A stretch of DNA of 27,590 bases from a virus (taxonomy: Duplodnaviria > Heunggongvirae > Uroviricota > Caudoviricetes), in IMG/VR virus record IMGVR_UViG_2551306525_000002, positions 1 through 27,590 of that record; one strand, given 5' to 3'. The translations under genes and the position numbers were made by a program. The notes under the pieces are model-generated. The model was not told the origin of the DNA and did not search any database. It saw only the letters and a program-made list of their open reading frames with translations. This document shows positions 1-9,472 of this stretch, in pieces; positions within the stretch are counted from its first letter, which is position 1, and the number at the start of each line of letters is the position of its first letter.

Positions 1-1542
1 AGTAAACATGCCATTCGTGATGTGCGTGCACGCCGCCAGGCAAATCTGGAATTTCTTAAATCGTGTGACCTCGAAAACAGGGAAACCGGCGAGCGCATCG
101 ACCTTATCAGTAAGGTGATGGGCAGTATTTCTAATCCTGAAATTCGCCGGATGGAGCTGATGAACACCATCGCCGGTATTGAGCGTTACGCCGCCGCAGA
201 GGGTGATGTGGGGATGTTTATCACTCTGACCGCGCCGTCAAAGTATCACCCGACACGTCAGGTCGGAAAAGGCGAAAGTAAAACCGTTCAGCTAAATCAC
301 GGCTGGAATGATGAGGCATTTAATCCAAAGGATGCGCAGCGTTATCTCTGCCGCATCTGGAGCCTGATGCGCACGGCATTCAAGGATAATGATTTACAGG
401 TCTACGGTTTGCGAGTCGTCGAGCCACACCACGACGGAACGCCGCACTGGCATATGATGCTTTTTTGTCATCCACGCCAGCGTAACCAGATTATCGAAAT
501 CATGCGTCGCTATGCGCTCAAAGAGGATGGTGACGAAAGAGGAGCCGCGCGAAACCGTTTTCAGGCAAAACACCTTAACCGGGGCGGTGCTGCGGGATAT
601 ATCGCGAAATACATCTCAAAAAACATCGATGGCTATGCACTGGATGGTCAGCTCGATAACGATACCGGCAGGCCGCTGAAAGACACTGCCGCGGCTGTTA
701 CCGCATGGGCGTCAACGTGGCGCATTCCGCAATTTAAAACGGTTGGCCTGCCGACAATGGGGGCTTACCGTGAACTACGCAAATTGCCTCGCGGCGTCAG
801 CATTGCTGATGAGTTTGACGAACGCGTCGAGGCTGCACGCGCTGCCGCAGACAGTGGTGATTTTGCGTTGTATATCAGCGCGCAGGGTGGGGCAAATGTT
901 CCGCGCGATTGTCAGACTGTCAGGGTTGCCCGTAGTCCGTCGGATGAAGTTAACGAGTACGAGGAAGAAGTCGAGAGAGTGGTCGGCATTTACGCGCCGC
1001 ATCTCGGCGCGCGTCATATTCATATCACCAGAACGACGGACTGGCGCATTGTTCCGAAAGTGCCGGTCGTTGAGCCTTTGACTTTAAAAAGCGGCATCGC
1101 CGCGCCTCGGAGTCCTGTCAATAACTGTGGGTTACCGGCCAACGGAAGCGACACGGATATGACGCCCACACCGTCTGAGCAAGCCGCAGCGGTGATAAAT
1201 CTCATTGATGCTGGGGTGATCGACTGGAATGACCCGGACGCCGTGAAGGTGCTCAGGGGCGCGCTAAAAGCAGGGGCTAAACCTCAAAACAGGCAACAAA
1301 GAAACCGATCACCGTTGAAGCCGGATGAATTAGCACCTTCAGCGCGACTGACTAAATCGCAGCGTGACCAGATATCACGCATCCGGTTTGACCTAGCACA
1401 ACACGGTATCACGCCGGAGCGGTGGGAACTGGATGTACTGGCGCGGGGCGCAACGGTGACATATGGCGAGAAAAAATTCAGTTATGCGGTCGCTGATGAG
1501 TGGCCGGGATATTCCAATGTTTCAATAATGGAGATTGATTGA
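1..1542 (+). CDS. A: Replication initiation endonuclease gpA (rolling-circle initiator), C-terminal ~507 codons; 5' end is outside the window
   Basis: Reading frame is open from position 1. Contains an HUH-type motif (PHWHMMLF) and the tyrosine-rich motif GYIAKYISKN typical of rolling-circle initiators. Sits immediately before the cargo locus and cos, as gene A does in P2. Confidence 0.85.
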   Translation, partial: SKHAIRDVRARRQANLEFLKSCDLENRETGERIDLISKVMGSISNPEIRRMELMNTIAGIERYAAAEGDVGMFITLTAPSKYHPTRQVGKGESKTVQLNHGWNDEAFNPKDAQRYLCRIWSLMRTAFKDNDLQVYGLRVVEPHHDGTPHWHMMLFCHPRQRNQIIEIMRRYALKEDGDERGAARNRFQAKHLNRGGAAGYIAKYISKNIDGYALDGQLDNDTGRPLKDTAAAVTAWASTWRIPQFKTVGLPTMGAYRELRKLPRGVSIADEFDERVEAARAAADSGDFALYISAQGGANVPRDCQTVRVARSPSDEVNEYEEEVERVVGIYAPHLGARHIHITRTTDWRIVPKVPVVEPLTLKSGIAAPRSPVNNCGLPANGSDTDMTPTPSEQAAAVINLIDAGVIDWNDPDAVKVLRGALKAGAKPQNRQQRNRSPLKPDELAPSARLTKSQRDQISRIRFDLAQHGITPERWELDVLARGATVTYGEKKFSYAVADEWPGYSNVSIMEID

Positions 1543-1848
1543 ATGACCATGTACACCGAAGAAATAAAACAAGTTATTAAAGATAGCGAAGGCATTACCA
1601 CGGCGCGTGACTTGCTATCTGATGTTATGCCGACTGCGGCATCTCGATTTTATCGTCTTTCTACCGCGCTAGAAAAGCTGCGTCAGGAGGTGCGGGAACA
1701 CTTCCCGGAAGCTAAGTATTACACGGTGGGTGGCGATGGCTTCGCGTTGGTTCTGGGGGATACGCATAGCGGAAGAAATTCATCAGCAAATCATGAGTTA
1801 GCGGCGCTCATTTCAGACAAGTTACACGTTGAAGGTGGAGACTGGTAA
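1543..1848 (+). CDS. Hypothetical 101-aa protein, translationally coupled to gene A
   Basis: ATG directly follows the gene A stop (TGAATG at 1540-1545). Backbone-like GC content. Occupies the small-ORF position after A in P2-like phages. No family recognised. Confidence 0.55.
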   Translation: MTMYTEEIKQVIKDSEGITTARDLLSDVMPTAASRFYRLSTALEKLRQEVREHFPEAKYYTVGGDGFALVLGDTHSGRNSSANHELAALISDKLHVEGGDW

Positions 1849-2085
1849 ATGCACAGACTACACCGTGAAATTCCGCAGCATAAGAACAACAGCATAAAAC
1901 TGATGGGTATTGTGCATCGACTGCAACAAATAATGGTCAATGAGAATCTGACACCCGCCGAACTGGTCGGGTGTGCTGAAATCGTCAGGGATAATTACGG
2001 GCGGCTGCATGATATAAGCAATCAGAAAGTTGAGGCCTTCACACCGGCGAGAGGTCCGATAATACTGCCGCCACGTCGACCATAG
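1849..2085 (+). CDS. Hypothetical 78-aa protein
   Basis: ATG at 1849 directly follows the TAA stop of the previous ORF (TAAATG). No family recognised. Confidence 0.45.
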   Translation: MHRLHREIPQHKNNSIKLMGIVHRLQQIMVNENLTPAELVGCAEIVRDNYGRLHDISNQKVEAFTPARGPIILPPRRP

Positions 2086-2238
2086 GAAACGCCGCCGGTG
2101 CTGAAACTTGCTTTCAGTGCTGGCGGGGTTGAACAACTCGCCCAGCGAGGCGTTAGCTATGGTTGAAGTTACGATCCTAATACTTTAAGCCAAGATTTTT
2201 GTAATTACATTAGTATTGGCATTTAGGTATTACATTGT

Positions 2239-3861
2239 CTATTTTCTCCTGAAGTTTAATAGCTTTATTATTAACCAAACCAAAACCATGGATGTGGCAA
2301 AGTAAATTGCATCTTCATAGCTTTTGAGTCCAGATTTCTTAATTAAAAGTGACAGGTTTAGTGTTTCAAATAATGGCTTTACTAAAATTGGGGATAATGA
2401 TGTCGATGCAATTAAACCAAAGGCCATTGTTATCTTCTTATTACTTTTGTCATTTAAGTCGGCATCAATTAATTTTAGCACTTGGATTCTTGACTTTATC
2501 AATTCAATGACGCTTTGACGAGCCCTTTTTATATCGATTGAATTTAATGTATTAAATGTGAAGTCTTGTATCTCTCCATACTTCCTTGAGAAAATCCTAA
2601 GCCACTCTTCAAATAAAAGGATGTCTTCTTGTATTTTGGCAAGGCCAAGATGGCTTTTTTCATTTCCAATTTTTTCTATTGTTGAATCATATGAAAAGGA
2701 AATGAAATCTCTAAGATCACTCTTAACCTGATTGTCCCACATCAGATTTTCTTCTGTATATGTCCCGGTAAAAAATTCTTTTTTAACTTTACATGTAAGT
2801 ATAGTCAGTGCTAAAGACTGTTCAGAAAAAAAATTGAAATCATCAAAGGCACGATGATCAATGATTTTCTTGGTGTGCTTTATGTTTGTTAATAGGTGAT
2901 TTTTGCCCAGCAATGAATAAACTAACGACTTATTACTCTGAAAATTGTCAGTGGCATTGTTTTTTTGATTATCGTGCTCGAAGATATAGACGCTTGGCTT
3001 ACCTTGCCAGAAGTTATAAAACTCAGAAAGATTTCTGCCTAAAAGATAATCTTTAATTGTTCTTTTTTTTGTTTTGTCAAATATTATAGCAATCACATAT
3101 CTGGCGATGTCACTTAAATTATGCTGAATTTGCATTAAATTTGTGTAATCAATATATCTACCTGTAACCTTAAATTCACCAACCTCTAGATCTTCAGAGT
3201 TGTCGTTCAATAGTTTTAAACTCTTTTTAATACTACACTTCGCTATCAGTCTACTAAGTAGTGGCATTCCTGAATAGTCTAGCAGTAACGAACTCTTGGC
3301 GAACTCTATGCTGGTAGTAATCGAACTGTTTAGTTTTAAAGGTAGGTTTAAAATGTTTTTTATGAAATCATTCAAATCAACATTGCGTTCCTCAGTGTCA
3401 ACAAAGGTAACATGTGCTATCCCATTTTTATAGAGACGAATAATTGGATGAATAAAAAATTCCACATCGTTATTTTTTACTAGGATTGGCTTTTGACAAC
3501 ATATTATGTTTTCGTAATAATTATTACCTGATGTGTGAAAAAGCTTTCTTTCAGAGAGTCTAATGTTTATACACTGGGAAAAAGCCGTAGCAGTTAGGGC
3601 GCAAACACCTGACGCATGAATCTTATCACCGCCCTCAACAGTAACAGCATTTTCGTTGTTTTCATATCTCATGCTTATTTTTGTTGAGGATGGTGTGTTT
3701 TTTGATAAATATTTGAATGTGTTGTGTGGCGTTAGTATTGCAAGAAACAACCCTGTATTTATCAAGTCTGAACTAAATTTCTCGGCATCTTGATATTCTG
3801 GCGATTGTGTTGTGTATGTATGCCAAATTACGCCTCTTTGAATTTGCATATCACTACCCAT
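2239..3861 (-). CDS. AT-rich cargo protein of unknown function (540 aa), hydrophobic C-terminus; candidate phage-exclusion/defence gene at the tin/old locus
   Basis: Long uninterrupted ORF in a region visibly much more AT-rich than flanking phage genes. Lies between gene A and cos, where P2 carries tin and old, on the same leftward strand as those genes. No Walker A motif, so not an Old-type ATPase. Two hydrophobic segments near the C-terminus (AFGLIASTSLSPILV, ATSMVLVWLIIKLL). True start may be M1 (3861) or M5 (3849). Confidence 0.75.
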   Translation of the reverse strand: MGSDMQIQRGVIWHTYTTQSPEYQDAEKFSSDLINTGLFLAILTPHNTFKYLSKNTPSSTKISMRYENNENAVTVEGGDKIHASGVCALTATAFSQCINIRLSERKLFHTSGNNYYENIICCQKPILVKNNDVEFFIHPIIRLYKNGIAHVTFVDTEERNVDLNDFIKNILNLPLKLNSSITTSIEFAKSSLLLDYSGMPLLSRLIAKCSIKKSLKLLNDNSEDLEVGEFKVTGRYIDYTNLMQIQHNLSDIARYVIAIIFDKTKKRTIKDYLLGRNLSEFYNFWQGKPSVYIFEHDNQKNNATDNFQSNKSLVYSLLGKNHLLTNIKHTKKIIDHRAFDDFNFFSEQSLALTILTCKVKKEFFTGTYTEENLMWDNQVKSDLRDFISFSYDSTIEKIGNEKSHLGLAKIQEDILLFEEWLRIFSRKYGEIQDFTFNTLNSIDIKRARQSVIELIKSRIQVLKLIDADLNDKSNKKITMAFGLIASTSLSPILVKPLFETLNLSLLIKKSGLKSYEDAIYFATSMVLVWLIIKLLNFRRK

Positions 3862-4234
3862 TGTTATGATTAAGTAATTTTCCTAGTAATGGGCGCGATA
3901 GTAACATTAGATAGAGTGAAAGTGAAAGCCTCCCAAAGTGCCATCAGCCGCCAAACTACAGGCTGTTGATGTGGATATCGTGAGATGTTACATATGACGC
4001 TGACAATCCCTGATTAACACCGAGATTTAGTAACTTGGTCAATGCCATGGTAATGACTTCAAATATCCTGTTGTTAACAGCGCTGATTATTAAGCTGCTA
4101 TCCAGTATTATTGGTGCAATGCGCATCTCTTAACCAAAATAAAACCAACACAAACCAATAATTTGAGTCAGAGTTATCGTTATTTAACCATGAATGCATA
4201 AGGTGCATGGTTTTGCATGAGTCAGCCTTGCACG

Positions 4235-4256
4235 CTCTGGCCGTGAGCGGCCAGAG
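4235..4256. other. GC-rich perfect hairpin (9-bp stem CTCTGGCCG / CGGCCAGAG, 4-nt loop) in the cos-proximal region
   Basis: Perfect inverted repeat read directly from the sequence. No T-run on either side, so not a typical terminator. Possibly part of the terminase recognition region. Confidence 0.4.
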
Positions 4257-4314
4257 CTGGCGCGGATCCAAAATGGTCACGCAACTGCATTAAACCCGAC
4301 CTATAAAGCGGGCA

Positions 4315-4333
4315 GGCGAGGCGGGGAAAGCAC
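4315..4333. other. cos: cos site core: 19-nt sequence GGCGAGGCGGGGAAAGCAC matching the P2 cohesive end
   Basis: Exact 19-mer as I recall the P2 cohesive end, located just downstream of portal gene Q as in P2. Confidence 0.6.
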
Positions 4334-4475
4334 TGCGCGCTGGCGGTGGTGCTGATTTTATTTTTTCAGCGTCTCAGCGCGTCGTGACGGCGTTTGGATT
4401 GTGCGCCGGGGCGTTGGTGTGTCTGCGGGGTGTTTTGTGCGGTGGTGAGCGTGTGAGGGCGTGATGACGGGGTGT

Positions 4476-4497
4476 AAAAAAGCCGCCCGCAGGCGGC
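4476..4497 (-). terminator. Rho-independent terminator for the leftward P-Q operon
   Basis: On the minus strand: GCCGCC-TGCG-GGCGGC hairpin followed immediately by TTTTTT, starting 6 nt after the Q stop codon. Confidence 0.7.
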
Positions 4498-4502
4498 GAT
4501 GT

Positions 4503-5537
4503 TCAGCCGTTGTCGGTGTCCAGTGAGTAGTTTTTAAAGCGGATGACCTCCTGACCGAGCCAGCCGTTTATCTCGCGGATCCTGTCCTGTAACGGGATAA
4601 GCTCATTGCGGACAAAGACCTTTGCCACTTTCTCAATATCACCCAGCGACCCGACGTTCTCCGGCTTGCCGCCCATCAACTGAAAAGGGATGCGGTGCGC
4701 GTCCAGCAGGTCTGCGGCGCTGGCTTTTTTGATATTAAAAAAATCGTCCTTCGTTGCCACTTCACTGAGCGGGATAATTTTAATGCCGTCGGCTTTCCCT
4801 TGCGGGGCATAGAGAAACAGATTTTTAAAGTTGTTGCGGCCTTTCGACTTCACCATGTTTTCGCGGAGCATTTCGATATCGTTGCGATCCTGCACGGCAT
4901 CAGTGACGTACATGATGTATCCGGCATGTGCGCCGTTTTCGTAATACTTGCGGCGGAACAGCGTGGCCGACTCATTCAGCCAGGCAGAGTTAAGGGCGCT
5001 GAGATATTCCGGCAGGCCGTACAGCTCCTGATTAATATCCGGCTCCAGCAGGTGAAACACGGAGCCGGGCGCGAAGGCTGTCGGCTCGTTGAAGGACGGC
5101 ACCCACCAGTAAACATCCTCTTCCACGCCACGGCGGGTATATTTTGCCGGTGAGGTTTCCAGTCTGATGACCTTACCGGTGGTGCTGTAACGCTTTTCCA
5201 GAAACGCATTACCGAACACCAGAAAATCCAGCACAAAACGGCTGAAATCCTGCTGGGAAAGCCACGGGTGCGGGATAAACGTTGAAGCCAGAATATTACG
5301 TTTGACGTAAATCGGTGAGCTGTGATGCACGGCAGCACGCAGGCTTTTTGCCAGACCGGTAAAGCTGACCGGCGGCTCATACCATCTGCCGTTACTGATG
5401 CACTCGACGTAATCCAGAATGTCACGGCGGTCGAGTACCGGCACCGGTTCGCCAAAGGTGAATGCCTCCATTTTCGGGGCGCTGGCGGTCATTTTTTTTG
5501 CCGCAGGTTGCAGTGTTTTCCCATTTTTCTTGCTCAT
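4503..5537 (-). CDS. Q: Portal protein gpQ (344 aa)
   Basis: Length identical to P2 gpQ and sequence recognised as P2-type portal. Start ATG overlaps the P stop (ATGA). Confidence 0.9.
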   Translation of the reverse strand: MSKKNGKTLQPAAKKMTASAPKMEAFTFGEPVPVLDRRDILDYVECISNGRWYEPPVSFTGLAKSLRAAVHHSSPIYVKRNILASTFIPHPWLSQQDFSRFVLDFLVFGNAFLEKRYSTTGKVIRLETSPAKYTRRGVEEDVYWWVPSFNEPTAFAPGSVFHLLEPDINQELYGLPEYLSALNSAWLNESATLFRRKYYENGAHAGYIMYVTDAVQDRNDIEMLRENMVKSKGRNNFKNLFLYAPQGKADGIKIIPLSEVATKDDFFNIKKASAADLLDAHRIPFQLMGGKPENVGSLGDIEKVAKVFVRNELIPLQDRIREINGWLGQEVIRFKNYSLDTDNG

Positions 5538-7309
5538 CAGTAAAACTCCAGAATGGTGGATGTCAGCGGGGTGCTGATACCGGCGGTGAGTGGCTCATTT
5601 AACAGGGCGTGCATGGTCGCCCAGGCGAGGTCGGCGTGGCTGGCTTCCTCGCTGCGGCTGGCCTCATAGGTGGCGCTGCGTCCGCTGCTGGTCATGGTCT
5701 TGCGGATAGCCATAAACGAGCTGGTGATGTCGGTGGCGCTGACGTCATATTCCAGACAGCCACGGCGAATAACGTCTTTTGCCTTGAGCACCATTGCGGT
5801 TTTCATTTCCGGCGTGTAGCGGATATCGCGCGCGGCGGGATAGAACGAGCGCACGAGCTGGAACACGCCGACACCGAGGCCGGTGGCATCAATACCGATG
5901 TATTCGACGTTGTATTTTTCGGTGAGTTTGCGGATGGATTCCGCCTGAGTGGCAAAGTCCATGCCTTTCCACTGGTGACGCTCAAGTATTCTGAATTTGC
6001 CACCGGCCACCACCGGCGGTGCCAGCACCACGCATCCGGCGCTGTCGCCACGGTGTGACGGGTCGTAACCAATCCATACCGGGCGGGAGCCGAACGGATT
6101 GGCGGCAAACGGCGCATAGTCTTCCCATTCTTCCAGCGTGTCGACCATGCAGCGTTGCAGCTCCTCAAACGGGAACACCGACGCCTTGTCGTCAACAAAT
6201 TCACACATGAACAGGTTTTTAAAATCGTCGGCGCTGTTTTCGCGTTTGAGCTGCTCAATGTCGAACAGCGTGCAGCCGCCTTTCAGGGCGTCCTCAATGG
6301 TGACAATCTGCCGCCACTGGCCGTCCGCACAGAGAAGACCTCCGGCAAGGGCGTTATGACTGACGTCGATTTCCACGCGTTCGGCGGCGCTGGCGCGTCC
6401 CCGGTTAAACAGTTCACCCGACCAGAACGGGTAGGCGTCGTGCGCCAGCGTGGACGGGGTGGAGAAATAGGTCGAGCGCAGGTGGCTCTGTGAGGCCATA
6501 CCTGATGCCACCTTACGCAGTACCTGAAAATTCGGGATCCAGAAAATCTCGTCGACGTACAGGTCGCCGTTATGGCTCTGCGCGGTGTTGGAGTTGGTGC
6601 CGAGAAAAATCAGTTTTGCGCCGTTATTGCCCAGGACAATCGGGTCACCGGTCAGGTCAACGTCAACCAGACGGGCAAAGGCGATGATGTATTCGCGGAA
6701 CACATACGCCTGCGTTTTACTGGCCGACAGAAAAATCTGGTTATGGCCGGTTTTCAGGGCGCGCAGCAGCGCCTCGCGGGAAAAATAAAACGTTGCGCCA
6801 ATCTGGCGGGATTTCAGGATATCGCGGATGCGGTGCTCAAGCCCGGCGCGATACCAGTGCAACTGATATTCGAAAGACTGCTCAAAGAAAATCTGCTCCA
6901 GCTTTTCGATGGCCTCGTCACTGAAAAAATTCTTTTTCGGTTTGCGCCGCCCGCCTTTGTTGCGGTTAGCGACGTTCGGATTAAGGTCTGCCTCGTTGCC
7001 GGTCTGGCTGTAGCGGTTTACCCGTGCCAGTCGTTCAATCTGGCGTCCGAGCAGGTCAATTTCCTTGAAGTCACCGCCGGTTTTCTGCGGTTTGATGATG
7101 AGCTGGGTCAGCCGCGCTTCCAGGCTCATTTCGACACGGCTGATGGGGGCAACACTGTCCCAGCCGTCGCGCTGTTTCCAGCTCTGCACCGTCGGGCGTT
7201 TCATCTGCAACATGGCGGCAATCTGCGGCACGGAAAACCCCTGCCAGTACAGCAGCGCCGCCTGACGACGCGGGTCGTGTAAAAGAGTGGTGTCTGTGGT
7301 GATGGTCAT
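5537..7309 (-). CDS. P: Terminase large (ATPase) subunit gpP (590 aa)
   Basis: ORF track gives 600 aa from an upstream start; the ATG at 7309 (MTITTDTTLL...) with a GAGGT Shine-Dalgarno 5 nt upstream gives the P2 length of 590 aa. Divergent from O as in P2. Confidence 0.88.
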   Translation of the reverse strand: MTITTDTTLLHDPRRQAALLYWQGFSVPQIAAMLQMKRPTVQSWKQRDGWDSVAPISRVEMSLEARLTQLIIKPQKTGGDFKEIDLLGRQIERLARVNRYSQTGNEADLNPNVANRNKGGRRKPKKNFFSDEAIEKLEQIFFEQSFEYQLHWYRAGLEHRIRDILKSRQIGATFYFSREALLRALKTGHNQIFLSASKTQAYVFREYIIAFARLVDVDLTGDPIVLGNNGAKLIFLGTNSNTAQSHNGDLYVDEIFWIPNFQVLRKVASGMASQSHLRSTYFSTPSTLAHDAYPFWSGELFNRGRASAAERVEIDVSHNALAGGLLCADGQWRQIVTIEDALKGGCTLFDIEQLKRENSADDFKNLFMCEFVDDKASVFPFEELQRCMVDTLEEWEDYAPFAANPFGSRPVWIGYDPSHRGDSAGCVVLAPPVVAGGKFRILERHQWKGMDFATQAESIRKLTEKYNVEYIGIDATGLGVGVFQLVRSFYPAARDIRYTPEMKTAMVLKAKDVIRRGCLEYDVSATDITSSFMAIRKTMTSSGRSATYEASRSEEASHADLAWATMHALLNEPLTAGISTPLTSTILEFY

Positions 7310-7482
7310 GAATACCTCGCCGTGATGAATACACGGCAAGGCTACTGAGTCGCGCCCCGCGATTCGCTAAGGTGCTGTTGTGTCAGTGATAAGCCATCCG
7401 GGACTGATGGCGGAGGATGCGCATCGTCGGGAAACTGATGCCGACATGTGACTCCTCTAATCACTATTCAGGACTCCTGACA
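7310..7482. promoter_or_regulatory. Divergent P / O intergenic region, expected to hold the Ogr-dependent late promoters for the P-Q and O-N-M-L operons
   Basis: Position only, from the known P2 late-promoter arrangement. I could not find a clean TGT-N12-ACA element by eye. Confidence 0.4.
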
Positions 7483-8337
7483 ATGGCAAAAAAAGTCTCA
7501 AAATTCTTTCGTATCGGCGTTGAGGGTGACACCTGTGACGGGCGTGTCATCAGTGCGCAGGATATTCAGGAAATGGCTGAAACCTTTGACCCGCGAGTCT
7601 ATGGTTGCCGCATTAACCTGGAACATCTGCGCGGCATCCTGCCTGACGGTATTTTTAAGCGTTATGGCGATGTGGCCGAACTGAAGGCCGAAAAGATTGA
7701 CGATGATTCGGCGCTGAAAGGCAAATGGGCGCTGTTTGCGAAAATCACCCCGACCGATGACCTTATCGCGATGAACAAGGCCGCGCAGAAGGTCTATACC
7801 TCAATGGAAATTCAGCCGAACTTTGCCAATACCGGCAAATGTTATCTGGTAGGTCTGGCCGTCACCGATGACCCGTCAAGCCTCGGCACGGAATACCTGG
7901 AATTCTGCCGCACGGCAAAATACAACCCTCTGAACCGCTTCAAATTAAGCCCTGAAAACCTGATTTCAGTGGCAACGCCTGTTGAGCTGGAATTTGAAGA
8001 CCTGCCTGAAACCGTGTTCACCGCCCTGACCGAAAAGGTGAAGTCCATTTTTGGCCGCAAACAGGCCAGCGATGATGCCCGTCTGAATGACGTGCATGAA
8101 GCGGTGACCGCTGTTGCTGAACATGTGCAGGAAAAACTGAGCGCCACTGAGCAGCGCCTCGCTGAGATGGAAACCGCCTTTTCCGCACTTAAGCAGGAGG
8201 TGACTGACAGGGCGGATGAAACCAGCCAGGCATTCACCCGCCTGAAAAACAGCCTCGACCACACCGAAAGTCTGACCCAGCAGCGCCGCAGCAAGGCCAC
8301 CGGCGGTGGCGGTGACGCCCTGATGACGAACTGCTGA
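7483..8337 (+). CDS. O: Capsid scaffolding protein gpO (284 aa)
   Basis: ATG at 7483 (MAKKVSKFFRIG...) gives the P2 gpO length of 284 aa; the upstream extension from 7417 in the ORF track is rejected. Confidence 0.88.
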   Translation: MAKKVSKFFRIGVEGDTCDGRVISAQDIQEMAETFDPRVYGCRINLEHLRGILPDGIFKRYGDVAELKAEKIDDDSALKGKWALFAKITPTDDLIAMNKAAQKVYTSMEIQPNFANTGKCYLVGLAVTDDPSSLGTEYLEFCRTAKYNPLNRFKLSPENLISVATPVELEFEDLPETVFTALTEKVKSIFGRKQASDDARLNDVHEAVTAVAEHVQEKLSATEQRLAEMETAFSALKQEVTDRADETSQAFTRLKNSLDHTESLTQQRRSKATGGGGDALMTNC

Positions 8338-8395
8338 CCGGCGTCAGTCAGTCCGGGAAAACCTTCACGATTAACCCTTAATTTCAGGAAAAACT

Positions 8396-9469
8396 ATGCG
8401 CCAGGAAACCCGCTTTAAATTTAATGCCTACCTGTCCCGTGTTGCCGAACTGAACGGCATCGACGCCGGTGATGTGTCGAAAAAATTCACCGTTGAACCG
8501 TCGGTCACCCAGACCCTGATGAACACCATGCAGGAGTCCTCTGATTTTCTGACCCGCATCAACATTGTGCCGGTCAGCGAAATGAAAGGGGAAAAAATTG
8601 GTATTGGTGTCACCGGCTCCATCGCCAGCACCACCGACACCGCCGGTGGCACCGAGCGTCAGCCGAAGGACTTCTCGAAGCTGGCGTCAAACAAGTACGA
8701 ATGCGACCAGATTAACTTCGATTTTTATATCCGCTACAAAACGCTTGACCTGTGGGCGCGTTATCAGGATTTCCAGCTTCGTATCCGTAACGCCATTATC
8801 AAACGCCAGTCCCTTGATTTCATCATGGCCGGTTTTAACGGTGTGAAGCGTGCCGAAACCTCTGACCGCAACAGTAATCCGATGTTGCAGGATGTGGCGG
8901 TCGGCTGGCTGCAGAAATACCGCAATGAAGCCCCGGCGCGCGTGATGAGCAAGGTCACTGACGAGGAAGGGCGCACCACCTCTGAGGTCATCCGCGTGGG
9001 CAAGGGCGGTGATTATGCCAGCCTCGATGCACTGGTAATGGATGCGACCAACAACCTGATTGAGCCGTGGTATCAGGAAGACCCTGACCTTGTGGTGATT
9101 GTGGGACGTCAGCTACTGGCGGACAAGTATTTTCCCATCGTCAACAAGGAGCAGGACAACAGCGAAATGCTGGCCGCTGACGTCATCATCAGCCAGAAAC
9201 GCATCGGCAACCTGCCAGCGGTACGCGTCCCGTACTTCCCGGCGGATGCGATGCTCATCACGAAGCTGGAAAACCTGTCCATCTACTACATGGATGACAG
9301 CCATCGCCGCGTGATTGAGGAAAACCCGAAACTCGACCGCGTGGAGAACTACGAGTCAATGAACATTGATTACGTGGTGGAGGACTACGCCGCCGGTTGT
9401 CTGGTGGAAAAAATTAAGGTCGGTGATTTCTCCACACCGGCTAAGGCGACCGCAGAGCCGGGAGCGTAA
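8396..9469 (+). CDS. N: Major capsid protein gpN (357 aa)
   Basis: Length identical to P2 gpN; position after O. Confidence 0.9.
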   Translation: MRQETRFKFNAYLSRVAELNGIDAGDVSKKFTVEPSVTQTLMNTMQESSDFLTRINIVPVSEMKGEKIGIGVTGSIASTTDTAGGTERQPKDFSKLASNKYECDQINFDFYIRYKTLDLWARYQDFQLRIRNAIIKRQSLDFIMAGFNGVKRAETSDRNSNPMLQDVAVGWLQKYRNEAPARVMSKVTDEEGRTTSEVIRVGKGGDYASLDALVMDATNNLIEPWYQEDPDLVVIVGRQLLADKYFPIVNKEQDNSEMLAADVIISQKRIGNLPAVRVPYFPADAMLITKLENLSIYYMDDSHRRVIEENPKLDRVENYESMNIDYVVEDYAAGCLVEKIKVGDFSTPAKATAEPGA

Positions 9470-9472
9470 CCG

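Noticed and set aside
1543-1848. Possible DinI-like protein downstream of gene A
   Set aside because: Such genes occur at this position in some P2-like prophages, but I could not see convincing similarity to DinI; left as hypothetical.
2239-3861. Possibility that the 540-aa cargo protein is a P2 Old homologue
   Set aside because: No Walker A/P-loop motif and no resemblance to the Old ATPase N-terminus as I recall it. Position and strand match old, but the protein appears unrelated.
4098-4280. 60-aa minus-strand ORF in the cos-proximal region
   Set aside because: Short, overlaps the GC-rich hairpin and cos-flanking sequence, with no ribosome-binding site; more likely non-coding.
4695-7334. 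Many ORFs of 60-240 aa overlapping or antisense to Q and P (for example 4695-5153 +, 4976-5455 -, 5609-6058 +, 5803-6258 -, 6572-7282 +, 7071-7334 -)
   Set aside because: They lie wholly inside well-supported portal and terminase genes in GC-rich sequence where long spurious reading frames are expected, and have no independent start context.
7310-7339. Upstream extension of P to 7339 (600 aa)
   Set aside because: The start at 7309 has a GAGGT Shine-Dalgarno and gives the P2 length of 590 aa.
7417-7482. Upstream extension of O starting at 7417
   Set aside because: The ATG at 7483 with an upstream purine-rich motif gives exactly the P2 gpO length; the extension lies in the divergent promoter region.
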